Translations under genes and position numbers: made by a program | Notes under the pieces: model-generated | Database searches by the model: none | Seen by the model: the letters and a program-made list of their open reading frames with translations, nothing else | Told to the model about the DNA's origin: nothing | NCBI GenBank assembly: GCA_028534125.1 | Contig: CM052817.1 | Location: forward strand, 15,688,001 to 15,752,000 | From: Lama glama | Taxonomy: Eukaryota | DNA: 64,000 bases | Direction of reading: 5' to 3' | Shown here: positions 23,801 to 37,629 of the stretch, in pieces | How positions within the stretch are numbered: position 1 is the stretch's first letter | Layout: every line of letters starts with the position of its first letter

Positions 23801-25749
23801 ATTTTTATGGTTCCAATTATTATTATTTCTCTGGCTTTCACCCACACTTACTACTGCAGACTTTCAGGCTCCTGATAATCCCACCCACATATTCTGAGCA
23901 TCCCACGGGGCATCCCCAATGTGCCTAGGCACATGACAACCCATCTTCACCCACAGGAAGGGGAAATAGGGCCTCTGGGTGAAGAAAGGGTGTGACCACA
24001 GCAGATCATGCTGGAAGCCGTGTGACTTTTCCTTGTTAACTCCACCAGTGCCAGAAATACAGTCATCCTTCCTTGTGACCCTCTACCACCCTCCTACCCT
24101 CTGAGTACTGCTGCAGCGGACATAGCCATCGACAAGCACTGTCACCCCAAATCCCCCTGAGTCCTGGGTATTTCCAGTGTACAACAGCTCTAGATGTGTC
24201 AAAGTGGCACTGAGTTCTGTGCCAATGTGCAGAGAATGCTTTGCCACCATCTGTTGTGTTACTCTTGTGACATAGACATAAAAATGGTTTTGTCTCGTGG
24301 CTCAATATTTTATAGGGCTTTTAGTGTGTGGGATGTCAAGGTTAAGGTTGTAGGTTGGGGGAAAATCTGAATGACTGAAGGGCTCTTCTATTAGAATCAC
24401 TCTTATTCCCTTTCCAATAACAGAGTCAGATTACTAGACAGAGCCAATTTGTTTATCTCTCTTTCCTTAGAAGAGACAGTCACTCTAGTTAGCATGCCTC
24501 AAACTTTCCCACCCAAGTTCTATACACAGTGAGCCTGAACCCCATGTGTCTGGGAACAGAGCCAAAAATAGCCTGACATGAGAGCAAAATCTCTTTGATG
24601 TCTCATCTTTTATCTTAGGGAAAAAATTGTATGAAGTTGGCATCCTCTTCATGGTATTATGTTAATATAAAATAATGGCATTCTTCTCCAATTTTTTTAA
24701 TCCATTTCACAGCTTTGGGTTCCCTCTGGAATACCACACCAACTTCAACAGGACTCATATCTCATGTTAGGATCCCTGATCAGCCTTGGAATAAATGAGT
24801 TCTCTCCCAGGAGATGCCTCCTTTGTTAGCACTTGGTTGAAAATAGATTTCTGGCATGCTCTTTCCACTCATTTGTCAAAAATGCCCTGACATGGCTGAA
24901 TCCCAGCCATAAACACAACTTAAGGTTAAACTTGACTACCCCGTCCCCCAGCAGATCTAGGTCCTGCCTCAGAGACATCATGAGGAACCTCAGTTTTTAT
25001 CCTACCATCTGCCTGTGCATTTGCTGGGTAAACGTGAGGCTCTATTGGCTGTGGAGTCAAAAGCAGAAGGATTGCCGTGCATGATTACTGATGGAAACCA
25101 CATTTCTTCAAAGCATGGGCATCCACAAGGGGAGCATTTGATAAATGTATCTTAGAGATAATGACTTGCGTGGAAGTCTAGCTTTCTACAAAGAAAATTT
25201 GGGTTATCCAAAGACATTCAGGGCCTTCCAGAAAATAAAACCCATTCGATTAGTTCTCTCCATGGGCTTAAGCGTATGAAAGTAATGGATCCATATAAAT
25301 TATTGCATTCCATATTCACACCAATTAAAAATTCCTCAGATGGTTCAGTCAATGGCCCATATGTATTATAGTTCTAGCGACTCCCATCGCTTTCATAGAT
25401 GCAAGTCAACCATATGCAGTGACACAGGCTGTGCCAGAAGCACCAAAATAGTCTTTGGAAATGAATGCCTCTGCATCGTGGCTTATAAAAAATACCTGTT
25501 CATTATAAATGTAAGTCCACTCAGCCCAGGATTAGCTGAATGACATGAAGCTAATTTCTGAAATGCAGCTAGATTCCAGAGCTAAACGCACTGGGCAAAG
25601 ACTTAATGAAAAACTAATAAGGTTATGTCCTGTTACCATTATCTGCAAATTCATGTGGTTTTCCACGAAATAAGTGGAGATCGGTGCAGTCCTCTGAGAT
25701 GTTGAGGTTTATCGCTCTCTTGTTGGTTCTGCTTAGAAAGGCCAACCTC

Positions 25750-26092
25750 CATGAAAAGGAGTGAAACACTGATACAGGCTACAGCATACACATTGTGCCA
25801 AGTGAAAGAAGCCACTCACATAGGATATGATTCCATTTATATGAAATCTCCAAAACAGGCAAATCCATGGTGACAGAAAGTAGATTACTGGTTGCCAGGG
25901 GCCAGGAGAGAAGAAAGCAGGGATTGGCTGCTAATGAGTGGGGCTTTCTCTTTGGAGTGATGAAAGAGTTACAAAATTATATAGTGGCAATTGTTGTGCA
26001 ACTCTGTGAGTATCCTGGAAACCACTGGACCATACGTTTTAAAAGAGTAAATTTTATGGTAAGGGAATTAAATCTCAATAAAGCTGTTACGA
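25750..26092 (+). mobile_element. L1MB-type 3' end
   Basis: aagtgaaagaagcca...atgattccatttatatgaaat...ggttgccagggg...aattttatggt...atctcaataaagctgtt. Confidence 0.88.
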
Positions 26093-26170
26093 AGGAAAAG
26101 CAAAAGTCCAACCAGGGTGTGATATGAAGTGGAGCCTAGGAATGGGGAAGGATGAACCTTGGCCAAAAAT

Positions 26171-26215
26171 AAAAACAAAAAACAAACAAACAAACAAACA
26201 AACAAACAAAAAAAC
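26171..26215. repeat. (AAAC)n microsatellite
   Basis: aaaaacaaaaaacaaacaaacaaacaaacaaacaaacaaaaaaac. Confidence 0.95.
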
Positions 26216-27871
26216 ACCAAAAGGCCTGATCACAACCGAAATCCTCAGAAGAGCTACACCGGACCCACCCATTCTTGGACAAGCTTCCAGAATGAAGTTC
26301 ATAATCATTCTGCGACTTCACAGTTTTCATTCCTCGTATCCAAAGGGTGACAGTCGTTAAGTTACTAAGATGTAAGATGTCATTTCCTTTCTTTCTTTGT
26401 TTCTTTTTCCCTCCCCCGTATTGAATTTTCTAGTAATTTTGAGTCAGGTGGAGAGGAGTCCGCTCTGCTTGCGCTGTTCATTATGGAAATTGATTTGACC
26501 CTCATTTGCATCTATTTGCACCGCCATCAAGCTGATTTAGAATCAGAGGGTGGTTGCAACCTCCTCGGAAGCTGGCAGATTTGCTCTAAAAACAGATTTG
26601 CCCTGGAACTTTCCAACCAGCTCTGAAGAACTTGTTCTCTTGCCCTTTTGATTTCTGCACAACATGGGCAGAGTTTCAGAGAAATACAACTCGTGGTAAA
26701 GGAAAGAAAGGAAACCTTTGTTGCCTTCTGCTATAAATAGCCTCCATTCCCTTGCCTTCCCTCCACGCTGCTAGTCAACCCTGCAATCCTGGGTTGCACA
26801 TCAGAAATAAATACGTTGGTCTATGGAGCCATGGCCCCAGGCAAGCTTGCCAGCCCACAACTGGCAGCAGAGGAGTTAAATCTGAAACAGTCTAATATGA
26901 CCAGAGCACAACAATGATCCCCGCTGGACTGATTCACACGTTCCCCACGAGCCGCAGGAAGGAACAAGGTGCAGCCCTGCAACCTGGACCAGTGTGCCAA
27001 GTACAGTGATCAGAATCGAGGAGAACGCAGACTCCACCTGCCTTTGCCATTCCTGCCTCTCCTCTTTCATCCCTCTTTCCTCCACAGCCCCAGGGCTGAC
27101 TTCTTGTTTTCCATTCGACGACTCCTCACCCCAGCCCTGTTTGGTTCCTTCATGCATCCCGTGGCCGCCATCCTCACCTCCCCTGTGCAACCTGCACTCT
27201 CTTTTATTGTAAGGGGAGACCTTTATTACTGTGTATGATTGTAAAATACTGAATTTCCATTGGAAAAAAATTTGGTTTATATAAAAGGGGAAGTAAGCGG
27301 GTGTAAAAATTAACTGTATTCACCATGCAGAGAAACTCACTGGTACTTTGAATGCAGAGTCTTCAAATTCAAAGAGAATATATTTTCTTTAAATGAAACA
27401 TATGAGACATATCTATTTTTCACTTAGAAACCCATCTTGTGCATCTTTCCATTTCAATAAATATAGATCTACACTACCATTTTTAGCAATCTCTATAAAT
27501 GTATCCATAATTTGCACACTTAGTCTGTTTCTTCTTGATTCATATATATATATATATATATTCATAGATAATGTACACATTCACAGTTTTTTTTTTCCTT
27601 ATCCCTAAATTTATCCATGAGGCCCTCGTTCTATCTGCAAGTTATCCAAATTTCCCCAGTCGCACCTGACATCTGGGCCTCCTGCTGCACCAAACAGTCT
27701 GCTCATCAGAAGTTACCCATCCTCGGCCTTATTCTTCAAGACCCTATTCCATTTGATGCTAACTGGAAAACTGTGAGAAGTAAAGTGAACTAATGGGTTC
27801 ACTGGTACAGTGGCTTTTATTTGGTTTCAACAGATAATCGAAGCAGGATGGGCTTTAAAAATAACCTGATA

Positions 27872-28046
27872 CAGCATTTCCCCAAGCTGTCAGTTCATAA
27901 GAAACTAAGGTGGGGTGCAGGGGTTTGGGTGAGTATTAAAAAATCCAGAGAGTTCAGTGTGATGAGTTCGGAATGGAGTCTGGAAAATTGTCATTTAACA
28001 AGCCCTCTATGTAATGATTTTGATCAGTCAGATTTTTGAAACCCTA
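27872..28046. mobile_element. MER5-like hAT-Charlie MITE
   Basis: cagcatttccccaagctg...gagtctggaaaattgtcatttaacaagccc...gattttgatcagtcagatttttgaaaccct. Confidence 0.55.
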
Positions 28047-28819
28047 ATTTTATCCAATATCTTGACCTTTCATATGAGGTAACAGAGGATCAAAAATTTG
28101 TCATGTCTACATGCACAATTAGGATAGGAACTGGGGTATTGTCTCTATTTTCCTATCCCCAAACCTGTCATCTTTTCACTGTGCCAGAGCATCTTATTCC
28201 AAAAAAAAAAAAATATGTTAGAACAAAGGACTTTTAAATAGAATATTATAACAGGAAGGATTTTTGCCTGGTACAAAGTGACAATTCTGGAACTCAAAGT
28301 GGGCTAAAGGGAGATTGACTTTGTGGCAAAAAGAGGTCTTTTGTTGGCTTTGAAATCATATATAATGCAAATGGCTGCTTACATTTTGTGTGTGTACGTG
28401 TGTATGCAGGTATGTGTGTGCACCTATGCTGGTCTTAGCAAAAAATAATTACAGTGAAACATGATTATAGAACCAACCGTATAAGAACAAAGGTTTTAAA
28501 GACCTATTCCTAGAATTACCTCCAATGAGGTAAAAAAATACCAGTGCTAATACAGAAAGGCAGAATCTAATCAAAAGCAAATTTTCCTTTCATTGGAGTC
28601 TATCTTCATCCACGCAGAGCTGTTTCAGCAGGATTTTCAACTTTCACTAGGAATGTGGAACACAGAACACGCACAGACAGAAAGAAGACGTCTTACAAGC
28701 CAGGTGTTCAATGGTGGGCTACTTATCTGCTTTGGTGGCCCATTCGATTGTGGTATTTATACATAAGTATCTGGAAGGATTCTTTAATTCAAGATTGTAT
28801 AAAGGTAATGTAAGTGGTC

Positions 28820-30205
28820 ATTTAAAATGCCCTAAGCTCATGGAGTTGGAACTGTGATGGAAACCTTCCAGTTTCCCAAAAGACAGTGGTCCTGCCAGCG
28901 GGCAAAACTTCAGGTGCTACACTCTGTTGCCTACTTGGTGTGGGAGGAAAAATAGACATACTAGTTTTCACGGTTCCCGTTATGGGTTGAATCCAGTCCC
29001 TCCAAAATTTATATGTTGAAATCTCAACACTCAGTGCCTCAGAATGTGACCTTATTTGGAAATAGAGCCATCACATATCTAATTACTTAAGTCAAATGAG
29101 GTCATAGTAGAGTAAGCTGGGCCTTTAAGGCAATATGACCAGTGTCCTTATAAAAAGGGGAAATTTGAACACAGAGCTGGACACATACAGGAAGAGTGCC
29201 ATGTGGAGACTGGAGTTACACTGCCACAAGCCAGAAAACCCCCAGAAACTAGAAGAGAGGCCCAGAATAGATCCTATCCTGGAGTTTTCACAGGGAATCT
29301 GGCCCTGCTGGCAACTCAGTCTTGAACTTCTAGCCTCCAAAACGGTGAGACAGTTCATTTCTGTTGTTTACTCAGTCTGTGCTTCTTTGTTACAGCATTG
29401 CTAAGAAGCTAATACTGCACCCTTCAGAACACAGCCTTCAACCAGACGACATTTTTTAAGCCAAGGACAATCCAACAAATTCACAACATTCACTGGCTTG
29501 ACTGTACAAAAGCTTAATGGATTCGCGAATCCTAATGCCAAAAGAGAAACAATTGAAACAAGGTTCTGATCCTGATTCTCTTGAAATAAAAGCTGACTGT
29601 TCCCCTTCAGTCATTCCATGTTCCTTTTGCAGCTGCTCTAACAGGCAGAGGAGGGTCATTGTACCTGCAGGCATGGTTAATCCTGAGTCACTGGGTTGTT
29701 GCGATCAAAGATTACAAGGAGGACCATGTGTGGAACATAGGATGTCACCTGGATACCTCTTAGTCCCCACTTTCCCAATAGTAACAATGAATGGAAAACT
29801 GAATCAACCCCCTCCTCACATCCTCCCTAAACGATAAGATCCCTAAGGATGCAAAACTACAGGACTGAAGGTTCAGGTCACCACCCATCCAGCCAAGGTG
29901 CTGCCCAAAGGCATGAGGATCCTGAAATGTGAGGCAGGAGATGTGAGTGATGATTGCCAAACTGGACCTCAGGACCAGCTACTGAAGCAGGACTGAAGCA
30001 GCTGAACGTGACGATTACTTACTTTCTCTTTTTCTGCGACTTTATCTGATGACCAGTGGCTAATGTTTTCAGTTTCAAGTAGAAGAATGAACAAACCAAC
30101 ATCACCCCTACAATAATACAGTAGCAACTTTATCCATCTCCTGTGTTTGGGCCATACATTTTTTTAATGGGCGAAGGACAAGAATAGTTGCCGGGGGGCC
30201 AGAGG
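28820..30205 (+). mobile_element. ERV-L internal remnant (RNase H, integrase and dUTPase fragments), internally deleted and split by the MLT1 LTR
   Basis: gacagtggt...ccagcgggcaaaacttc...tgggaggaaaaatag (RNase H-like); attcactgg region (integrase-like); ORF 29517-29837 contains RRVIVPAGMVNPES and GYLLVPTFPIVTMNGKLNQP, resembling the ERV-L dUTPase end as I recall it; purine-rich PPT-like tract before LTR33. Confidence 0.75.
28978..29416 (+). mobile_element. MaLR MLT1 (MLT1B/C-like) solo LTR, full length
   Basis: gttatgggttgaat...cctcagaatgtgaccttatttggaaatag...gtgtccttataaaaagggg...cttctagcctccaaaacggtgagac...ttgttacagc...ctaatac. Confidence 0.92.
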
Positions 30206-30212
30206 CATTGGC

Positions 30213-30725
30213 TGTGCAGCTGCTTATCTCTTTGTCTCTCCAGATGTGCTCACTGCCCTTCCCGGCCTGGCTCTGCACCCTGTTCTTTGCCTCGGGAGGC
30301 TCATCTGTAGGTGTTGCATGGATAGATTCTCATATCTCTGGGTTCCTGTGGGGGTCGCCCAATGGGGAGCACTGGCAAGAACCCAGATACAGAGAAGAGA
30401 AAGAATCATGCTATTTTCTTTACTCCTACTAAGTCAGAGTGTTTGATTGGCTACATTCTCATCAGATGATCAGAGGGCCTAGCCAGTGTCCCTCATGTCA
30501 TATTTCTTTCTTTCGAGTTCCAGCAACTATTCTCTTTCCCTGCCTGTTTATGCCTAGAAATGGTCATGGTGCCCCTCTAAGACCCACACTTTAATAGTCC
30601 CTGGTAAATGCTCCTTATTCTTTGTGGTTTCCCAGTATCTTTGAAAGCACTTTCTTTATTAAACAGTCTTCAAATCACTTGATTTGAATCTGCTGTCACT
30701 TATTTGCCAGGACTCTGATGGCACA
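30213..30725 (+). mobile_element. ERVL LTR33-like LTR (3' LTR of the ERV-L remnant)
   Basis: TG...cgggaggctcatct...ccaatggggagcactggcaaga...tttattaaacagtcttcaaat...ccaggactctgatggcaCA. Confidence 0.78.
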
Positions 30726-32509
30726 GAAACTCCAGCTTGTTTAACTATATGTATAATATCAACAAATTACATTTGGCAAACTCAAATTGCATCCAAAATG
30801 GAATTCTCATTTTAATTTCCAAGTTTTCCTTCCCAAGAAATTGATGAAAACCTGTAGCTGGCCGTGGCTCAGTCCAGTAGAGACTTGTGTTCTGCTGGGT
30901 GTGGCTGTGCTCCTCTGGCCCTCAGTGCTGAGACCTGGGCTGCCTCTGTTCGAATACCCAGACTATTTTTCTATTCAAGTTGATTTTTTGGAGTCAGTCT
31001 GCAGTCCTTTCAAGTTTTAGTCATTAGGTTTCATTTGGACTACTTACTTCTTTATCTATGGTGTTTCTAAAGTTTATTCTGCCTCCAATGATGTATTTGA
31101 AAAAGTTCTGACCAGGTATTACTTTTACCCGGGCAATGGCTTTATTTCCACCTCTCTCCCTATGGTCTCCCTCCTCCTCCCTTTCAGTGCTCTTCCTCCT
31201 TCCCTTCTCCTCTCCTCTCCTCTCGCCTCCATGCTCTGGTTCTATAATTTCACAGAGCAGTGGTGGAAGAGCATCTCATTCTCTTTCTGTTAAGGAAAGA
31301 GTAACTTTTGTATCAAGAACTATACTGGAAGGAGTCACACCCTCTTTAACAGTGGCTGTAGCTTCTGCGGGTGTTACTGTTAAATTATTATACATGTAGT
31401 TTCAGGGAAACTAACTACAACCTCCCTGCTAGTGAATTTATGTAAGAACCCTTCACTTAGTATATCGACTGTTAAAGAGATACTGCCCCTGCAGCATTTG
31501 TCATAAATATGAGACATTTGAGGATAAGAAGATGCATTTTGGTCTATGAGGCACTTCACCATCACCCTCATCAATGATACTTGAAGAGACAACATTTTTA
31601 GAAGATAATTGTTTGAATCACATTTTGGGGCTAGAGACAGGCTTGGGGTGGGTTCTTGAGTTTCCATGACAAGCAAAACATACTCTTCCAATGGCAATGA
31701 CTCAGAGCTTGTCCTTTTCTCCGGAAGCTGCTCAATTCAACTTCACTCTCATTCAATTCCTGGAGATACATGGAACACTTAGTATATGTACTTGGTATTG
31801 TGAAAGATTCAATAATGAGAGCTTTCGATCATTTTATTCTCAGCATGCTTCCATTCACAAATTCACCTCCTCTTGCTCATCATCCATATTCATTCCTCTC
31901 CCATGTGTCCAGGTCCTTCACAGTGTGACTCCACTGAGCAAAGCCTCGTACAATGCTGTGTTTCATCTATGCCTGGACCTCAAGAAACAAAAGCTCTTCT
32001 CTCATTATTTTTAAGCAAACGCCCCTCCTTGGCATGCATTCCAAGAAAGACATGCACTGTTTGTTGTACAAAGATCTAATAAATTCATCTTCACTATTGT
32101 TCTCCAAGGTGAAATAGGAATGGGAAGGATGAATTTGATTACACCTCCCTGGGGCAAAAGTTGCCTCTGAGTATAATGCTATAAGACAATGGAGTCCATT
32201 ATTAATACCACGTAAAGTTTTACTAGAAAATAAGTTGTTAAAAACACTGGAAAGGGAGTGGCCCGGATGTTTTCCATTGATTTTCGTTTTGCCAGTAGGA
32301 TGCTTTCTCCCACTCTTACCACCTGGAGGTCTCCTTCCAGACCTCTTTTTAGTAAAAACCTTGGAGGATTCTGTGCTTTGCATCCATAATTGAGGAAGTG
32401 GCTGGATCAAAGGGAATAAACACTAGTGAAAAGTGACACTGAGGAGCAGATAGTCCAAACCCATGTATACACCTGTGCCATTGAGCTGCTTCAAGAGCTT
32501 TATGCTCTA

Positions 32510-33400
32510 TTTTTCCTACACGTATTGAGGTGTAATTTACATACAATAAAATTCTTTTAAGGTGACAGTTCTATGCATTTTGATAAACTTGTATAGCCAG
32601 GTAACCACACAAAAATCCAGATGTAGAATATTTCTGTCACCCCAAAATGTTCCCTTGTGTCCCTTTGTAGAAAATCTTCTCTCCTTACTTCTAGCCCCTG
32701 GCAGCCTCAGATCTAATGTGTGTCCTTCTAGTTCTGCCTTTTCCAGAATGTTATATAAGAGGAATTATACAGAATTGTAGCCTTTTGAGTCTGGCTTCTT
32801 TCAATTAGCATAATGCTTTTGAGAGTTATCATTTCTGTTCAATGTTTTAGTACTTCATTCCTTTTTTTATTGCTGAATAAAATACTTATTACAGTGTTTC
32901 ATTGTATGGTACATCACAATTTGTTTAACCATTCACCAGCTGGTGGATATTTGAGTTGTTTCAAGTTTTGACATTTGTGAATAAAGCCACTGCATCTATT
33001 GGTATTTCTCTTTGGTAAATACCAAAGAATATTTTCATGGGTTGTATGGTAATTATAGATTTAAATTCATAAGAAATTATCAAACTGTTTTATAAAAGGC
33101 TATACTATTTTGAACTTGCACCAGCAAAATACTGCAATTCTAGTTTCTCCACATCATCGCTGACATTTGGTATTGCCATTAAAAAGAAAATGAGCCATTC
33201 TAATAATTGTGCAGTAGTATTTCTTTGTAGTCCTGATTTGCATTTCCCTAATAATCGATGCTTTTAAACATCTTTTCATGTGTTTGTCATGTACATATCT
33301 TTTCAACTGAACTGTAGGATCAAATGTTTTGCCTCTTTTTTCATTGAGCTGTTTCCTTATTTTTGAGAGTCCTTTATTTATTCCAGTTATTAGTACTTTT
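32510..33400 (-). mobile_element. L1MB/ME-type 3' UTR and ORF2 end, ~0.9 kb
   Basis: attgaggtgtaatttacatacaataaa...ttgagtctggcttctttcaattagcataatg...tttgcatttccctaa...catcttttcatgtg. Confidence 0.88.
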
Positions 33401-33529
33401 TCAAATTATTCTTTTTTAAAAATGTAAGTAATTGCTTTACAAACATTGTAACCCAAAAGAATTATTACAGTCTCATTTTTTCATTACCTTTTGAGGATCA
33501 TTTATTCACAACTATTATACTTCTCCCTC

Positions 33530-33711
33530 AATCTTTCATTCTTAAAATTTTGATCACAAGTCACTTTGAAAGTTATATAAAAACTATCCACTCTCTCTTT
33601 ATAAAAATCTGTTTATCTACAAACTTTTTCATAGCCTTTTAGGAGTACACAAGATGCTGACTCCTGAAGTTGCATTTGGACCATGAATCATGGATCCCAG
33701 CTTAGAAACTC
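33530..33711. mobile_element. Probable hAT-Charlie MITE (MER103-like)
   Basis: Ends catggatcccagcttagaaactc (TIR-like); body aaaactatccactctctc...aaactttttcatagc. Confidence 0.4.
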
Positions 33712-33959
33712 ATGTGTGTACCCTGTTACTGCCAACTTGAATCACTAATAATTATCTTCCTTTATCTTAGATGGACACAAGCTATTGGATTGATGTTAGC
33801 TAGATCACACAACTGTGCAAAGTATTACACTAAAGACATTCTTTCATCCATTTTAGCAATGTCTGCTCAGCTACACAGTAATTTTTTGTCAGTCTCTGTA
33901 GTTCTGTGCTTAATTCCCACAGAAACCAGTCCACAAATGTTCATCACCTGTACATCCAT

Positions 33960-36520
33960 CAGTCTCTGCAGATGGTCCTGTACCTCCTCCCAGAGAAACA
34001 GAAGAAATTAGGTGTGAACGAGTTCTCCTCTCTTAATTTAAACTTACACATGTACACATTCTTTCTTCCCTCTAGTCTCAGAGAGAGATGGGACTTTCTT
34101 CCAGCCAACATAATCCTTTGTTTTGAGTTCTTGACCCCACTCTACCCTAGACCTTGTTCTTGCACACATCTCCTCCACCTATATATGAATGCCTCCCTCT
34201 TAAATTTATTCTCAAGATTTCATTATGGTTTTTAACTCGAAAAAAGAAAGAAAGCTTCCTCAATTGTGTAGCTTATTTCTCACTCCTTCCCACACTCTAC
34301 CTCAACCATTGTTCTGTTTTCACAACCACACTTCTGAGAAGAATACGTTATGCTCACTGCCTCCAATTGTTCCACTTCTCAGATCACTGTAAACTCTGCA
34401 GCATCCCCATACGCCATTAAAATTGCTCTTCACAAGTAGTGAAGAACTTTACATATGGCCTAATTACAAAAAATGAATCGGTTCTGAATATCCACAGTGT
34501 TCCTAGATGATGAAACTGTATATTTTCAACAACCAGCCACCTATAAATCAATGAATCACAACACTTGACCTCACACTAGATCACACTAGTTCTCCTAAAA
34601 AAATGCTTTTAGGCACTCCTGTCATAAGCCACTTGAATTCAACCCATCTCAAGTAAATGTAATTGCTGTCACTCTCCCCAGATTACTCCCCAGATTTATT
34701 TCTCCTCTTTTACCCTATCTCCGTGATTATCCCCACCACATCCCTGTTGCCCAAGAAGAAACCTGAGAGTCACACTAAGTTACTCTTTTTTCCTAAAGTT
34801 CCCATCTGGGCAATACTTACTGAGTGTATAGCATGCACCTTACACTCTGCCAACCTTTTGCCAGGTTGAATTGGACACTGCCTTTGCTCTGTAACTGCTT
34901 ACACTGTAATTTACACTTGCAGAGGCTGCACACTATATTCAGTGTGGCCTCAAAGATAGGGCTATCTTAATCAGAATGGAATGGGAGAGTCAGAGAAAAT
35001 TTGCCAGAGGCCACCCTTGAATTGAATGGTAAAGGATAAATGGGAATTAGCTAAGAAAAGGAGAGAACAATAATCCGAGAAGGAACAGCTTCTTTCAAGG
35101 CATGGCAGTACGGGTCTGCCTCCTAAGACACTCATAACCCTTTCACTTCCTCTTCAGACACACGGCTAAAAACTAACATATGGCGGCCCATCATATTTTT
35201 CACTAGCACAACTTAGAAGTGTTCCTAACAGGTCTCCTTGGCCTCTAGTATTATCTTCCTCCAATCCATCTTCCACACTGCTGCTAGAGTGATCTTTCTA
35301 AAGTGTCACTCTGGGCATCTCTCTCTCATACCTAAACTCAGTTAATAGCCCCCAAGTTGTTAAACTGCATCAAAAGACATAATGACTTAGCTTCTCACTA
35401 CCCTACAGGTTCAATATGCTCCCATCATTGGAGACTCCATTGACCAGCCAGCTCACTGAATATGCCAGCATTCTCCCCAACTTTTGATCCTTTGCATGTG
35501 TTACTTCCTCCTCCAAAGATTTGCTTCTTTCCTCTTGTCTGCCGTCTGTGTGTCAATGAGTCTACTCACAAATTTATTAAGACTCAGTGTAAGTGGCGTA
35601 TGTAGAGATGCTCAGGTAGACTGAAATACTACCTTTTCTACAGTCCAGGGCAATGCGTGCACAGGTTTGTTGGAGTATATATCACACCATGTCTACCTGT
35701 TCACTTTTCTATTTCCCTAATCAAACTTGGGATGCCTTGAGAAGCAGAAAAATATTTCAGTCATCCTCAGATCCTCAGCATTCAACATAGTCCCCCATAT
35801 TCATAGGTGCTAAAAATGCTTATTGAATGGCCTTCAAGTGAGCACAGATTAATTAATATTAGGCACTTCCATTGATTAATGAGAAGGACTTCTTTTGTGT
35901 AAATGGAAATATGACTTTCCTACAACCCTAAGCAATCAACAAACATTACCAAGCTCTTACTATAGAGTAGCCCCTATGGCAGGCACTGGGGATTTAAAGA
36001 TGAAAAACACAGTCCTTACTTTCAAGGGGTATGAAGTCTGTGCAGGAAGATAGAGATGATCACAGGCAACTATCAAAGATAATCGTTAAGCAACATGACA
36101 AGGAAAATAAAGAGAACTAGGAGAAAGGGGGATAGAAGGGCATGCAGCCTGGATTCACAGAGCAAGTTTCCAGAGCCAACGAGGACTGAGCTGAGACCTG
36201 CAGGGTAAACAGGAGGATGAGATAACTATTCCAGGCAGTGATAGTTTCATGTGAATGTCCTGGGAGAGAGGGAAAACACGGCCAACCTGCAGAATTTAAA
36301 GATTGGTCTGGGTGGACCACAGTAATCCAAGAGATGGAACGTAAGGTTATGAAAGGCTCTAGTTCTCAGGGCTTGAAGACAGGACAGAAAAGATCACGTT
36401 ATGTTTAAGAAAATTGCACTGACTGCAGGACAGTGATCGACTTGGAGGAGAGCAAGAGTGAAGGTGGAGAGTCAGAAAACAGTCTATTCCAACCATCTGG
36501 GCAGGAGATGTCGTTGGTAC
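33960..36520. mobile_element. Cluster of L2 fragments in both orientations (+ ~33960-34810, - ~34810-35110, + ~35150-35830, - ~35930-36520)
   Basis: ccaatccatcttccacactgctgctagagtgatctttctaaa; ataggtgctaaaaatgcttattgaatg; aggcactggggatttaaagatgaaaaacacagtcc. Confidence 0.7.
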
Positions 36521-37629
36521 GGCCGGAACTCTGTCAGCTCCCCCAGGCTTTAAGACAGTGCTCTGTGACCACGGATTAAAAAAAGCAGCTGCTGTGCATC
36601 AAAGGACCTCGAACATCCTGCCTCCCTTCCCGGGAAGTGATGAGAAAACTACGGAGTGAGAGCAAGAAGGAGCTCCTGTAACTGAAGATCTCCTGCATTT
36701 TCATCTGGACACCAGTTTAAACGTGTGAGGCAAAGCTTTACAAGACAAGGCGTGAAGGGCTGAAGCTCAGAAATGATGACAGATTGATGATTAGGCCTTG
36801 GCCAGCCACACCGCAGGAACAAGAGTAAGTTACAGAATACAGCCTGAAACAACAACGGTAAAGGTACATTCCACAGGCAAGAAAAAACTGCTCTCAATGG
36901 GCTGCTGAATAGCTGCTGTGATGACTGGCAGGAAAATATGTGTCTATTCAATTGGACAAAAGTTGAATTCAATAGGGAAGCAAGAGAAAATCAAAAAGGG
37001 GCTTCTATTCATGTACTTCCCAGCTATGAAATGGATGAAAAATGAGGTTTCTCTAGCACGGGTATCCAGGCCGAATCCAGATTCTTCCAAGTTGCTGCTG
37101 TCATTTTGTTTTCTTAGAATCTGGCTTCAAGTAATTCTTCATTAAAAAAAAAAAAAAAAAAAGTAACTCGAAAGGGAGAGTCAGATCTCAGTGTGGTGAG
37201 ACAGAATGTTTTCTACCATACTCCTCTTTCAAAATAAACAACTGCTGTCAGGAAGAATACCCCCAAATTTCCCCACTGAGCCCCATATTCCAATGCCTCA
37301 CAGTAGAGCTTCTACTTGGCTTCATAATTGCAGAAAGGAATCCAAGTGCACACCAAGCATCCTCATGTTCTAATACAACCCATCCTTTGCCATAAATACG
37401 GGGCTTATTTCATGAAAACGGGAGGTTCCCCTCTCCTATTTACTAACTATGCAAATATACATTTTGTTGGAGTAGGGCTCCCATAAGCTCTCACTCAATT
37501 AGATGTTAAAAATACGGCGTGAAATTTTATGTCATATTTACCCCAGAGAAAGAACAGTGTATCCATTGTATCACACATTCCATGTAGAAGACCCACGGCA
37601 AGTTCTGTCTAGCTCACCTTTTTAGATAG

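Noticed and set aside
29517..29837. ORF as a functional or domesticated dUTPase
   Set aside because: Only patches resemble ERV-L dUTPase, the catalytic-type motif is degraded, and the intervening part appears out of frame.
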